From a bacterium (GTDB lineage Bacteria > Electryoneota > Electryoneia > Electryoneales > Electryoneaceae), in the NCBI GenBank assembly GCA_963669175.1, contig OY769902.1, positions 4,416,001 through 4,480,000 on the forward strand: 64,000 nucleotides of DNA, read 5' to 3'. The notes beneath the pieces are model-generated. The model did no database searches, was not told the DNA's origin, and saw only the letters and a program-made list of their open reading frames with translations. A program made the translations under genes and the position numbers. Below, one piece after another: positions 1 through 10,403 of this stretch; positions within the stretch are counted from its first letter, which is position 1, and each line of letters begins with the position of its first letter.

Positions 1-2
1 AC

Positions 3-914
3 ATTGACAATTACGACGAGATGCTTGTTGTTGAGGACATCGCGGACGAGATGGGCAGAATTCTGGATGTCGGCATCCGAATTAATATGGATCTTAATGA
101 TCCGCCCTGGCACAAGTTCGGTTTTAACGTGGAAAGCGGGCAGGCTTACCAGGCGGTGAAGCGTGCCATGAGCAGTGGAAAGCTGAATGTGGTCGGCCTG
201 CATATTCACACCGGCACTTATGTTGATGACACCAGTGTCTACTCGCGCGCTGCTCGCGGTATGGTGAATTTCTACACCATCATCCGTGAACAAATGGGTG
301 TCAAGCTGAAGTACTGGGACATGGGCGGAGGATATGCCTCGAAGAATACCCTGAACTGGGCGTATCTGCCCGGCGAACAGACCTGCCCGACCTTTGACCA
401 GTACGCTGAAGCAGTATGCCCTATCCTGATGAGTGGTCCCTTCCCGGCTGATGAGCTGCCGCGTCTTTTCATAGAACCGGGCCGTGCTCTTGTCGATGAG
501 CCTTTCAGTGTGGTCACTTCTGTCGCCGCTCAGAAAAGATTGCCGAACGGACGTCGTGGCGTTCTTCTCGATGTGGGCATGAATATGCTGTCATCGGTGC
601 AGTGGTATCGTTACGCCATGCAACCCGCACAGGACAGCGGAACCATGCTGGAAGACTCGGTGATTTATGGCGGCCTGTGCATGAACATTGACGTGCTCAA
701 TCCCAGCGCTTCTCTGCCTCCGGTCAGGCGCGGGGATCTGCTGGTGATTCCGCATGTGGGTGCGTATAACCTGAGCCAGAGCTGGCAGTTCATTTTTCTG
801 CGCCCGTCTGTTATTGCGATTGAAAACGGCGAAATTCATGTGATCAAACGTGCGGAAACACGAGAATATGTGCAGGAGTTCGAGGAACTTCCGGATGGAT
901 TTGCATTGAAGTAA
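3..914 (+). CDS. PLP-dependent Orn/DAP/Arg decarboxylase family protein (diaminopimelate decarboxylase-like), 5'-truncated by the window edge
   Basis: Frame is open from the window start. Motifs KFG, GLHIHTG, DMGGG, IEPGRAL, GGLCMNID and GAY are typical of fold-type III decarboxylases. Confidence 0.85.
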   Translation: MDNYDEMLVVEDIADEMGRILDVGIRINMDLNDPPWHKFGFNVESGQAYQAVKRAMSSGKLNVVGLHIHTGTYVDDTSVYSRAARGMVNFYTIIREQMGVKLKYWDMGGGYASKNTLNWAYLPGEQTCPTFDQYAEAVCPILMSGPFPADELPRLFIEPGRALVDEPFSVVTSVAAQKRLPNGRRGVLLDVGMNMLSSVQWYRYAMQPAQDSGTMLEDSVIYGGLCMNIDVLNPSASLPPVRRGDLLVIPHVGAYNLSQSWQFIFLRPSVIAIENGEIHVIKRAETREYVQEFEELPDGFALK

Positions 915-1004
915 TCGCGGGAAGGCGTGCAAACCCAGGGTAAAGATCAGACTATTTCACCCATTCGATCCTGAAGGGATCACACAACATAAATAGATAA
1001 AAAC

Positions 1005-3119
1005 ATGGAAGCAGCAAAACCACAACTGCAAGACAACCTCAGGCACTGGCATATTATCAAGCCTTACCTGCTCGGGTATGGTGTGGTCATTTTTGCTGCG
1101 CATCCGGCGCCGTCTTTCCTGGTCCTGCTTGCGACCTTTTACCATCCGATGGTAGGTGTCATGGGGCTGGCCGGAAACATTCTCGCCAATATCACCGCTC
1201 GCTGGATGGGTGCGAATGAAGAGATCCAGGCCAGTGGAATTTATGGCGTCAACGGACTTCTCGTTGGGCTCGCGCTGGGAATGCACGGCGAACCTTCGCT
1301 CAAAATGCTGCTGTTCCTGCTGGTAGGCTCCGTTGTTGCTGGAATTGTATCCGTGTTCCTCGGTAATAAATTTCTCAAGAATGACCTGCCGATCCTGTCA
1401 CTCCCTTTCATGATGCTGATCTGGCCTTTGTTGATCCTTGTCGGAATCACCAGCCAGGACCGTAGCGCGTTTGCCATTATTCCTGTCCTTCGCAGTTCGG
1501 ATCAGTGGCTGTATAATAATGTCAGCATTGAGGTTTTCCAGTACATCAAGATGTTCGGAAACATCCTGTTCCAGGAAAACCTGATTTCGGGTGTATTGGT
1601 CTATATCGCGCTGGCTCTGTATTCGCGGGTATCCCTGGCATATGCCATGCTCGGCGGTGTTCTGGGTATTCTCACTCACCTGCTACTCTATGGCACCTTA
1701 TCCAATTTCAACGGGCTTAATTATATCCTCATAGCTCTGGCATTCGGCGGGTTCTTTATCATTTCCAACCGTCATGGTTTCCTGTATGCGGTCATTGCCA
1801 TTTTCAGTGTGGGGCTGCTGGATTACGCCATTGTGAAATTTCTCAAAATGACCATCAATCCACGACTTGAAGTATTGCCGACCCTTGTATGGTCTTTTAA
1901 TATCGTTACGCTGGTTTTCCTGTATCCTCTGAAGAAGATCGCCCTGGCTCGTGCGGACCTGAACTTGATTCCTGTCCCGTTAAGTGTTGTGAAAAGTCCT
2001 GAAGCAAACCAGAACTGGCTGAAACGCTGGCAATCCCAACGATTCCGTCAGAAGACGGTATTGTCGCTCCCCTTTACCGGAAGTTGGACTGTTTTGCAGG
2101 GCAACGACGGCGAATGGACGCACAAGGACAAGGGACGCTACGCCTGGGACTTTGTTGTTACGGATTCAAGCGGCAGCCAGCACAGCGGTTACGGACTTTC
2201 ACTGACAGATTTTCATGCGTTTGGGCTGCCTGTTTTCGCCCCGGCCAGTGGGACAGTTGTTGCTGTTGAAAACGCCATCCTGGACAATCCACCACGGACA
2301 GCCAATACGGAGAACAACTGGGGCAACTATATCGTCCTTGATCATGGCAACGGTGAATACACCGAATTAAGCCATTTCAAGCAGGGAAGTATTGTTATTT
2401 ACCTGGGACAGGTGGTGAATCGTGGGCAATTACTCGGTTACTGCGGCAACTCGGGCCGTAGCGCCGTTCCCCATATTCACATGCAACTGCAGGAAGGCCC
2501 GAAACCTGGCGATAAATCCATCCCGGCACGTATCGCTGAAGCTACAATCAACGGTTCCCTGAAAGTGAATTGCATCCCTCAAAAGGATGACACACTTTCG
2601 CCTCCGGAAATCGATACGGAGCATGAATGGACACTCCTGGGCAAAGAAGGTGAAAGCTGGATTGCAGATGTCAAGCTGGGGATGGTCTCTTTCCGAGAAA
2701 CCCTGACATTCGGTTCCGATTACTTCGGAGCGCCTGCCATGCTGGGAAAAAACCATTTCCTCTGGACGATACAGGACCGTCCCAACTTCTTCGAGATCAT
2801 CCCGGATTACAAAACCTTCCCTACACTACTCGCGCCTTCCGGCTGGATGAAAATTGTTGGCGAATCCCTTGTACTGCCCAAGAAGTTGAAGGTGGGCTTG
2901 AAATGGGAAGTCGCCCAGTTTGACAGCAAGGGCCGGAAGAAAATGATCCAGGGGCATGTGATAAGCCGTTCATCCAACCTTTGGCTGATAGAGGTGAACA
3001 ACCTGCAGATTACAATAGATGAAACCCTTGAGCGAATTATACGGGTGATGGTGGAAGGTGACGAGCATTTTCGGTTCGTTGTGCGTGAACCGCAAAAGGA
3101 TGACGTTTTCTACGTTTAG
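1005..3119 (+). CDS. Urea transporter (UT)-like membrane domain fused to a peptidase M23 domain
   Basis: The N-terminal ~330 aa are hydrophobic, with UT-like motifs GIYGVNGLLVG, LPILSLPF and IALAFGG. The C-terminal part has M23 Zn motifs HKDKGRYAWD, WGNYIVLDH, GNSGRS and PHIH. Confidence 0.8.
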   Translation: MEAAKPQLQDNLRHWHIIKPYLLGYGVVIFAAHPAPSFLVLLATFYHPMVGVMGLAGNILANITARWMGANEEIQASGIYGVNGLLVGLALGMHGEPSLKMLLFLLVGSVVAGIVSVFLGNKFLKNDLPILSLPFMMLIWPLLILVGITSQDRSAFAIIPVLRSSDQWLYNNVSIEVFQYIKMFGNILFQENLISGVLVYIALALYSRVSLAYAMLGGVLGILTHLLLYGTLSNFNGLNYILIALAFGGFFIISNRHGFLYAVIAIFSVGLLDYAIVKFLKMTINPRLEVLPTLVWSFNIVTLVFLYPLKKIALARADLNLIPVPLSVVKSPEANQNWLKRWQSQRFRQKTVLSLPFTGSWTVLQGNDGEWTHKDKGRYAWDFVVTDSSGSQHSGYGLSLTDFHAFGLPVFAPASGTVVAVENAILDNPPRTANTENNWGNYIVLDHGNGEYTELSHFKQGSIVIYLGQVVNRGQLLGYCGNSGRSAVPHIHMQLQEGPKPGDKSIPARIAEATINGSLKVNCIPQKDDTLSPPEIDTEHEWTLLGKEGESWIADVKLGMVSFRETLTFGSDYFGAPAMLGKNHFLWTIQDRPNFFEIIPDYKTFPTLLAPSGWMKIVGESLVLPKKLKVGLKWEVAQFDSKGRKKMIQGHVISRSSNLWLIEVNNLQITIDETLERIIRVMVEGDEHFRFVVREPQKDDVFYV

Positions 3120-5020
3120 TCCCCTCTTTTCTTATTCCGGACATTTCTGTCTTTAATCGTATCCCAGGGATTTTTTGCCTTGGTCCGTGATTGCCCTTTC
3201 CCGCGATTTGACCTGCTTTTCGCTTCTGATTTTTCCTGCCTTTCCGGCTTTGTCGTCACCATGTCTTTCTGCTTCCGTTTGCGCCCCCCATCCTTCTCGA
3301 CAAACAACTTCTCCCCGGTAAACGGGTCCATCTCAGTCCAATACATTACGGCAGACCATGTGGATGGCAAGGGGGTAAAGATCTGTACCTGCTCCGGTGT
3401 AATCTTCAATCTTCGTTGGGTATATTCTCGAAGCTGTTCCATATCACGGTCTGTGCATCCCGGATGCGCGGCGATCAGGTAATAGGTCATGAAGACACGG
3501 TTGCCAGCCTTTTCCCGGGATTGCTCAAAGCGCTCGGTAAATTCATCCAGTTCACGTCTTCCCGGCTTTCCCATCGTCTCCAGCACATGATCCTGCGTAT
3601 GCTCCGGGGCGATTTTCAACTGACCGGAAACATGATGCTGTACCAACTCATCCAGGTACGCCTGTCCCTGCTTCTCATCAGCCAGAACCAGGTCATAACG
3701 CAGTCCAGAGGTCATGAAAACTTTCTTCACCTTCGGCAGAGAACGAAGCTTCTCCAGCAATTCTCGCTGTGGTCTGTGATTCACTCGAAGCGCCTTGCAG
3801 ATACCGGGCGTCATACAGCGTTTGATTTCGCAGACCCCTTTTTTCTGCCAGCGCAGGCAATCGAAACCGTACATATTCCCGGTCGGCGACCCGCCATCGT
3901 ACAGGATGCCCTTGAACTTGGGATGATCACTCAGCTTTTCCGCTTCTCGCAGAATGGAAGCCTCTGAACGGCTCTGCACCTGGCGTCCCTGGTGAACCGC
4001 TATCGCACAGAAGTTGCACTCGCCGTAACACCCTCTGTGAGTTGCAAGGGAGAAGCGGATGGTTTCCAGCGCACGAATCTCACCATGCTGCTGATAATAC
4101 GGATGCGCATCACGTTCGAAATCCAGCTCGTAGTAGCTGTCCAGTTCATCACGTGTGGGCGGGAACGCCGGAGGATGCTGTACCAGCCAACGATCCCCGT
4201 GTTGTTGTGCTAACGGCTTCGCGGTAAGCGCATCATTGTTGTGGTAAAATGTGCGGAACATCTCAGTAAATGCAACCTTGTCCCTGGCGACATCTTCATA
4301 GGAAGCAAGAACGATAGCATCATCAGGCGCATCCTGTGCGATACGGCAGATTCCACGGATTCTCTCAAGTTTGATCTGCTCACTTTCCCGGGTGCCAGCA
4401 CCCGGGCCACTCAACTGAAGCGAGCTGTCAGGCGCTTCTATTGCAGGAGAATCTGATGCGTTGGCAAGGTGCTGTTCGAAGTATTTCGCCAGTTCCAGCA
4501 CGGTCTTCTCACCCATACCATAGGCCAGGAAATCAGCTTTGGCGTCGAACAGAAGTGAGCGCCGGATATCATTGGACCAGTAATCGTAATGAGCGATACG
4601 TCTCAGGCTGGCTTCCAGTCCGCCAAGCACGATGGGAACGGTGTTCTTGTAGTGTCTTCGTATCAGACCGGTGTAAACGATGGATGCCCGGTTGGGCCTT
4701 CGGTCATTTACTCCCCCCGGCGTGTAGTCATCATCACGGCGTTTCTTTTTCAGCGCGGTGGTGTTGGCAACCATCGAATCCACACTGCCCGCGCTTACTC
4801 CCCAGAACAGCCGTGGCTCGCCTAAACGTGTGATATCGTCATTTTCCAGACCCGGTTGTCCGATAATACCAACACGATACCCGGCACGGTGCAGCACCTT
4901 GCCAATCAGTGCAATGCCGATAAGCGGCGAATCGATATAGGCATCCCCGGTGACCAGCACCACATCAAGCTGATCCCAGCCAAGGGCTTGCATTTCATCA
5001 CGTGTTGCAGGCAGAAACAT
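3116..5020 (-). CDS. ygiQ: YgiQ family (UPF0313) radical SAM protein
   Basis: MFLP..DVVLVTGDAYIDSP N-terminus, CxxxCxxC motif RGCYGECNFC, LKIAPEH, YYLIAAHPG and EQVQIFTP. ATG at 5020 has GGGAG upstream. Confidence 0.9.
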   Translation of the reverse strand: MFLPATRDEMQALGWDQLDVVLVTGDAYIDSPLIGIALIGKVLHRAGYRVGIIGQPGLENDDITRLGEPRLFWGVSAGSVDSMVANTTALKKKRRDDDYTPGGVNDRRPNRASIVYTGLIRRHYKNTVPIVLGGLEASLRRIAHYDYWSNDIRRSLLFDAKADFLAYGMGEKTVLELAKYFEQHLANASDSPAIEAPDSSLQLSGPGAGTRESEQIKLERIRGICRIAQDAPDDAIVLASYEDVARDKVAFTEMFRTFYHNNDALTAKPLAQQHGDRWLVQHPPAFPPTRDELDSYYELDFERDAHPYYQQHGEIRALETIRFSLATHRGCYGECNFCAIAVHQGRQVQSRSEASILREAEKLSDHPKFKGILYDGGSPTGNMYGFDCLRWQKKGVCEIKRCMTPGICKALRVNHRPQRELLEKLRSLPKVKKVFMTSGLRYDLVLADEKQGQAYLDELVQHHVSGQLKIAPEHTQDHVLETMGKPGRRELDEFTERFEQSREKAGNRVFMTYYLIAAHPGCTDRDMEQLREYTQRRLKITPEQVQIFTPLPSTWSAVMYWTEMDPFTGEKLFVEKDGGRKRKQKDMVTTKPERQEKSEAKSRSNRGKGQSRTKAKNPWDTIKDRNVRNKKRGD

Positions 5021-5021
5021 C

Positions 5022-6503
5022 TTACTCCCGTATCGTCCGTTGTATCCGTGCAACATACATCAAGACACCGAAGTTTACTAGCAGTCCCCATACCCCGGAA
5101 TGCACTCCCAGCGGCTTTGCCGGAAGCAGACCGAATCCCATTTCCAGTATGGTCAGGATCAGGGTAACAATAACACCAGCCAGCATTCCCCAATACACCG
5201 GTTTTGCCTTGATCTGCGGATACAACACCCCCACCAGCAGCGCGGGAGCTGCCTGAACGAAAAACACCAGCTTCAGCTCAATCAATCGCCAGACAGTTTG
5301 CGGTAGTATCATCGCCAGCCAGATCATCAGCGCCATGATAATCCAACTGAAGCCTTTTCCCAGGTAAGTCAGTCGTTTCCAGTCGGTCCCCGGCTTCAGG
5401 GGCAGGTAGATATCCATGGTGAAGATGGAAGACAGGGAAAGCAGCGCCGAATCAACTGTGGACATGATCGCCGCCAGGGATGCGGCCAGGAACAGGATCA
5501 TCAGCCCACCAACCCAGGCATTCCCGGCGCCCAGGTCATTCAGAAATATCATCAGGATCTGTTCGCTTTCCCCTTTGCTCAATCCCGGAAACTGAACCGC
5601 TCCGACAATCCCGATTGTGACGATGAGCAGAGTCGTCACCAAAGGCATGAAAGCCATGAATTGCAGAGATCGTTTTAACGATCCTGCGCTTTTAGCCGCG
5701 AAAACACGTTGTACCATATGCGGATAAGTCGATACACCGAAGAAGAAGATCACAATGGTACTGAACCACGTCATCTTCCCGGTCCAGGAAGGCGCCTGCC
5801 ATATCTCCGGGCGTTCGGTCATGGCACGCTTCGCAACTTCGGTCATGGGACCATATTTCACCATCACGATGACAAACAGAAGCAGACATCCAACCATCAG
5901 GATCACGCCCTGGATCAGGTCAGTCCAGGCCACGCTTCTCATCCCGCCGAGCGTCTCATAAATCACCATAATCAGGGCAAGAATAACCACTCCCCATGCG
6001 AAAGGAATCACACCGCCCGTAGTCGCTTCAACAATATGTCCGATGGCTTTCAGGTTAGACAGGATGTAATTCGCCAACGCCCAGATGCCAAGGATGGAAA
6101 AGGCTATGGTAAGCGGACGATATCCGAAGCGATGCTGAATGAAATCGCCTGGTGTGATGAAGTTGTGCTTTGCGGCAAGTCGTTGAAGTTTTGGTGCAAA
6201 CAGCGCCAATGCCCCAACCACGGCAATCATGAAGGTTGCGCCGACGAGGAAGGCATATCCCTGGCGATAGGCGCGTCCGGCAAAACCGACCAGAGTGTTG
6301 CCGCTGTATTGGCTCGCGTACAGGGTGAAAAACAGGACGAGAAAACCGAGGGAACGTCCTCCCAGGTAGTAATCAGGTGGCGATACTTCTTTCCGGGCAA
6401 AACGTCCCCAGATCCCAACACCAATCAAGGTCAACATATAGAGGCCGACAGCGACAATCCCGCCTGTACCAAGAATCGCACCCGCTCCACCGGTTTCAGG
6501 CAT
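5022..6503 (-). CDS. Sodium:solute symporter family protein (PanF/PutP-like)
   Basis: Many TM segments. Motifs YYLGGRSLG, LGGMRSVAWTDLIQG and AAIMSTVDS. Confidence 0.9.
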   Translation of the reverse strand: MPETGGAGAILGTGGIVAVGLYMLTLIGVGIWGRFARKEVSPPDYYLGGRSLGFLVLFFTLYASQYSGNTLVGFAGRAYRQGYAFLVGATFMIAVVGALALFAPKLQRLAAKHNFITPGDFIQHRFGYRPLTIAFSILGIWALANYILSNLKAIGHIVEATTGGVIPFAWGVVILALIMVIYETLGGMRSVAWTDLIQGVILMVGCLLLFVIVMVKYGPMTEVAKRAMTERPEIWQAPSWTGKMTWFSTIVIFFFGVSTYPHMVQRVFAAKSAGSLKRSLQFMAFMPLVTTLLIVTIGIVGAVQFPGLSKGESEQILMIFLNDLGAGNAWVGGLMILFLAASLAAIMSTVDSALLSLSSIFTMDIYLPLKPGTDWKRLTYLGKGFSWIIMALMIWLAMILPQTVWRLIELKLVFFVQAAPALLVGVLYPQIKAKPVYWGMLAGVIVTLILTILEMGFGLLPAKPLGVHSGVWGLLVNFGVLMYVARIQRTIRE

Positions 6504-6771
6504 CTTCCCTCCTGTCCAGGTTTGAGCTTTGACTTACGTCAGTACAGGATGAATTCTCAGTATTTCCCAAGTCATCCTCACCTGTCAGGCCATCCCAGTA
6601 TGCATGCAGCGACCAGGCAATGAACAGTGCGTAGAACACGGTTATCACCAGTGCCAGAAAACCCCACAAGGGGAATCCCAGAACCTGCACGTTGCTGCTG
6701 CCGGTGAACAACCATGGGGTTGCCAGGACAGGAATAAACAACATCAGGAACCACAACAGGCCTTTCTTCAT
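6496..6771 (-). CDS. Small two-TM accessory subunit of the symporter (DUF997/DUF3311-like)
   Basis: MKKGLLWF...PW...VLGFPLW pattern. Lies directly upstream of, and overlaps, the symporter start. Confidence 0.65.
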   Translation of the reverse strand: MKKGLLWFLMLFIPVLATPWLFTGSSNVQVLGFPLWGFLALVITVFYALFIAWSLHAYWDGLTGEDDLGNTENSSCTDVSQSSNLDRREDA

Positions 6772-6879
6772 GAAAGCCCCTCGGTTAATGTTCACATCTT
6801 GCCAGAAGGGTAAAAGTGGCGCCTTCGATCTTACCATACTCACAAGATGTTACACTATTGGCAAAAGCTTACTTGCCGC

Positions 6880-6908
6880 TTGACAGCCAAACCGTACACG
6901 TATATCGT
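6880..6908 (+). promoter_or_regulatory. Putative sigma70 promoter
   Basis: TTGACA (6880-6885), 17-bp spacer, TATCGT (6903-6908), in the divergent intergenic region upstream of the 7095 gene. Confidence 0.45.
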
Positions 6909-7094
6909 ACTGACTACTGTGGCGGATATTTCTGGTACAATTCCCACCAAACAGGTTCTGTTTTCTGAGGCATCAGTAGTGTTGTATTCCTGTGATTATG
7001 AGACTACAATAATAATAGATTATTGAAAGATGTCCAAGCACTACACATTGCCATTTTGATACAATTCCAACTACCGATTCCATTTGGAGATAAC

Positions 7095-7487
7095 ATGGAA
7101 TTTTACAGCTTACTTCTCACCACATTTCTCATGGCAGTTGTTGTGTCCCTGATCGTCATTTTCGCGTTCCGAAAATCCATCAAGACGATTTTCATGAGGA
7201 TTATTGGAGAAGACATCGCTATTGTCTGGGAGAAATTCCTCGTTTTTGCCTTGTTGGTGGTTGGGATCGCATCCGGCGTCAATATCAGGATGCTGGAACG
7301 CTTTATTGCCCCGGCAACGGAACAGAATCCCACCCCGGAACTGACTACGGAATCCTGGGTATTGGAACTGTTTCGTACCATGCTGAACTCACTTGGCGGC
7401 CTGGCCTGGGCATTGTTGATCTTTTTCCTTGTTGCCTTGATTACATATGTGATTGTCAAAGGGCGGGAAAAGAAACTGGATGGGTGA
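7095..7487 (+). CDS. Hypothetical three-TM membrane protein
   Basis: ATG at 7095 with GGAG RBS. Three hydrophobic segments. Confidence 0.7.
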   Translation: MEFYSLLLTTFLMAVVVSLIVIFAFRKSIKTIFMRIIGEDIAIVWEKFLVFALLVVGIASGVNIRMLERFIAPATEQNPTPELTTESWVLELFRTMLNSLGGLAWALLIFFLVALITYVIVKGREKKLDG

Positions 7488-7528
7488 AGTCCGTTGTTTT
7501 GACTACAACATCCACATGGGAGGTCACG

Positions 7529-8203
7529 GTGAAAAGAACATACACAGCAATATTCTGCCTCGGTATTGTCTTCTCGCTAATATCCGGATGCGCCACCTTC
7601 CGTTCCGGGGTGAAAGGACATTTCTCTGAACCAGGAAGTAAAAACCTTGGGGCTGAAAAGGTAGATGTGCTGTTCATTTTCAGCCACTACGAGCAGGCGC
7701 GTGGGTATGACGCTATCCCGAAACTGGAAAGCCACCACCAGATCATCCGTGATTTTGACGATCTCTTTATAGATGCCTGCGGTGAATTATCCAACCTGGA
7801 CAAGTATACGACTTTCACCGAATACGCATCCGATGTAAGCGAGCCGGAACGCATCACCAAGCGAGACAGCCTGATTGCAGCTTACGATTATGTCATACGA
7901 ATCAAATTCATGAAGGAACACTCCTTCGCACAGCATTTCCTGGGAACCCTGTTTTCAACAGTGTCCGCCACACTCCTGCCCATGCCCTACTCACAACACT
8001 TCTCCATGGAAGTGAATGTGTTTGATGATCAGGATATCCTTCTGCACAGTTATAAACGGGAAGCCTCGATGACAAAATGGGTGCAGACACTGCTGGTTTT
8101 CGTCTACCCTTTCCATACTGAAAAACGGAAGGAAGAAGAAATCTACATCAACCTGATGCACGACGTCTTCAGGCAGATTGAAACGGAAAGAGTGCTGAAA
8201 TAG
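7529..8203 (+). CDS. Hypothetical lipoprotein
   Basis: GTG at 7529 preceded by GGGAGG. Signal peptide ends in lipobox-like LISG-C. Confidence 0.7.
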   Translation: MKRTYTAIFCLGIVFSLISGCATFRSGVKGHFSEPGSKNLGAEKVDVLFIFSHYEQARGYDAIPKLESHHQIIRDFDDLFIDACGELSNLDKYTTFTEYASDVSEPERITKRDSLIAAYDYVIRIKFMKEHSFAQHFLGTLFSTVSATLLPMPYSQHFSMEVNVFDDQDILLHSYKREASMTKWVQTLLVFVYPFHTEKRKEEEIYINLMHDVFRQIETERVLK

Positions 8204-8295
8204 GGTATTTATCTCCCTGCACATTTTGAACTTGAACCAAACTACAACAGCAATTACACCGGCGACACCACTTCATTTCGGAATTTCACCCATTG

Positions 8296-9381
8296 TTATG
8301 AAATAATGATTTTCACAATCTGGTCTATCTCTTCCGTAGTCAGATCGTAATACAACGGTAGACAGAGTATTCTTTCAGCAATCGATTCAGCAATCGGTAA
8401 AGCGCTATCCATAAAACCGCGAACACGATTCAACGATGGATAGAAATACCGTCTTGGGAAAATCTTCTTTGCCCCCAGCTTCCTGACTGCATCCAACAGT
8501 CTTTCCTCGGAATCGAACAATACGGGCATATAACTGTAGTTATAGGACTCTTCTTCAAATCTCTGGAAATCTATGAAAGGTGAAGCAGCCAACTGTTTCT
8601 GATAGTAGGCATATTTCCTTTTCCTGTCCGCCCGAACCTCATCGAGATATTTCAGGTTGACCAGGCCCAGCGCGGCATGAATCTCTGTCATTTTCGCGTT
8701 GGTGCCTTCATCAACAATGTCCTTGCTGTCATCGAAACCGAAAAAGCGCAACCGTTTTATTCTATCCACGATCTCATCATCACGGCAAACACATCCTCCG
8801 CCTTCCCCGGTATTATACAACTTGGTAGCATGAAAACTGAGGCAACTGACATCGCCGTATTCCACCAGGGGACGTCCCTTGTATTCCACTGCGGTTGCAT
8901 GGGCAGAGTCATAAATCAACTTGAGGTTGTGTCGATCAGCAATATCCTGTAAAGCCTCCACATCACACGGAGCACTGAATACATGAACAGGCAGAATCGC
9001 TGCAGTTCGGTCAGTAATAGCATCTTCGACCTTTTCCGGATCGATATTCCATGTGTGCGGATCAATATCAACAAATACCGGTTTTATCCTGTTCCAATCA
9101 ATAATATTGGCCGTAGCGATGAATGAGAATGGCGACGTAATGATTTCGCCCTGAAGATCGTATGCACGTATGGCGAGATCCAGTGCAGCCGTACCATTCA
9201 CTACACACACCATGTTTCTGACCTTGAGATAGGCCATCAACTCACGCTCAAGCCTTTGTAATAACGGACCGTTATGCGTAAGAATACCGGATTCCCACAT
9301 TTGTTCCAGGTATTCATCAAATTCAGGAATCGGACCCAAAGAAGGTCTCGTCACAAAAATGGGGTTGTTACCTTGACTCAT
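8296..9381 (-). CDS. DegT/DnrJ/EryC1/StrS sugar aminotransferase, VioA/DesI-like (C4)
   Basis: NGTAAL, IYDSAHA and SFHATK(PLP-Lys)LYNTGEGG. NAKMTEIHAA and RRYFYP are VioA-like. Confidence 0.9.
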   Translation of the reverse strand: MSQGNNPIFVTRPSLGPIPEFDEYLEQMWESGILTHNGPLLQRLERELMAYLKVRNMVCVVNGTAALDLAIRAYDLQGEIITSPFSFIATANIIDWNRIKPVFVDIDPHTWNIDPEKVEDAITDRTAAILPVHVFSAPCDVEALQDIADRHNLKLIYDSAHATAVEYKGRPLVEYGDVSCLSFHATKLYNTGEGGGCVCRDDEIVDRIKRLRFFGFDDSKDIVDEGTNAKMTEIHAALGLVNLKYLDEVRADRKRKYAYYQKQLAASPFIDFQRFEEESYNYSYMPVLFDSEERLLDAVRKLGAKKIFPRRYFYPSLNRVRGFMDSALPIAESIAERILCLPLYYDLTTEEIDQIVKIIIS

Positions 9382-9407
9382 CTGTTCCTCTGTTCCGAAA
9401 ACTGTGT

Positions 9408-10376
9408 TCAGGCAATCGTACCGGCCAACTCACGAAACTGCCACTGGATAGATGCTTGCGCCAGGATTTTCTCGTATTCCCCCGGCCAGCATGATACATT
9501 CTCAATACTATCACGGAAATGACAGACCATATTGTGGTAATGATTGTCCGGTGGAAGCTTGATGATATTCTTATCGTTCTGGTGTTCGATTATCATTGTT
9601 GGCATGAACCCTGGTGGTGCGGTAAAAATACGATCCGTAGTCAGTTTGCCTTTTGTGCCTAATATCTCCAGTGTACATTGGTAAAAATAGTTGAATCCAA
9701 ATGAAACCTGAGCTACTTGTTCCCTGTCGTTGACCAGCATACCATCGCCATACATATCAACACCACGATCCTGATCATACTCCAGCAGTGCAGAAACAAG
9801 CTTTGTATTGGGGCCAAGCAACAGGTTGCTGATTTTCAAGACATAACCACCTGCGTCCAGAAGCGCCCCACCGCCCAACTCCATATTGTAGCGAAAATTA
9901 TCTGCATTTAAGGGGGGGAAACCGAATGTTGAACGAATCAACCTTACATCACCCAATTCTCCTGAAGCCAGGTAATCCGTAACCCATTTAAACTGAGAAT
10001 GGTGTGGGAAAAGATAATTCTCCACCAGGAGAACACCTTTCTCCCTGGCAGCATTCACAAGCCGTTGCGCAGTTTCGAAGTCTCCAGCAAGTGACTTTTC
10101 TATCAGGAGATGCTTTCCCGCCTCGATAGCATGATTAATCCACTCTTCATGCAGCCCGGTCGGAAGCGGCATATAGACGGCATCAATATCTGGCCGCTTC
10201 AGCAGCTCGTCATATCCCTCGACGGCTTCACAGGCAAACTGCTCTGCGTATGATTTGGCTTTTTCAAGGCTTCTGGAAGCAACAGCGGTTACTTTCACAT
10301 CTTGCGTCTGCATCAGCGCCGGAATCATGGCCCTTTTTGCAAAAGAAGAGCATCCAACCACACCAACTCGCAACAT
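9408..10376 (-). CDS. Gfo/Idh/MocA oxidoreductase, NDP-hexose 3-ketoreductase-like
   Basis: GVVGCSSFAKRAMIPAL, YMPLPTGLH, EKSL and ELGGGALLDAGGY. Adjacent to the 2,3-dehydratase. Confidence 0.8.
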   Translation of the reverse strand: MLRVGVVGCSSFAKRAMIPALMQTQDVKVTAVASRSLEKAKSYAEQFACEAVEGYDELLKRPDIDAVYMPLPTGLHEEWINHAIEAGKHLLIEKSLAGDFETAQRLVNAAREKGVLLVENYLFPHHSQFKWVTDYLASGELGDVRLIRSTFGFPPLNADNFRYNMELGGGALLDAGGYVLKISNLLLGPNTKLVSALLEYDQDRGVDMYGDGMLVNDREQVAQVSFGFNYFYQCTLEILGTKGKLTTDRIFTAPPGFMPTMIIEHQNDKNIIKLPPDNHYHNMVCHFRDSIENVSCWPGEYEKILAQASIQWQFRELAGTIA

Positions 10377-10403
10377 TACACTATCTCCAGCTATCTACAT
10401 AGT

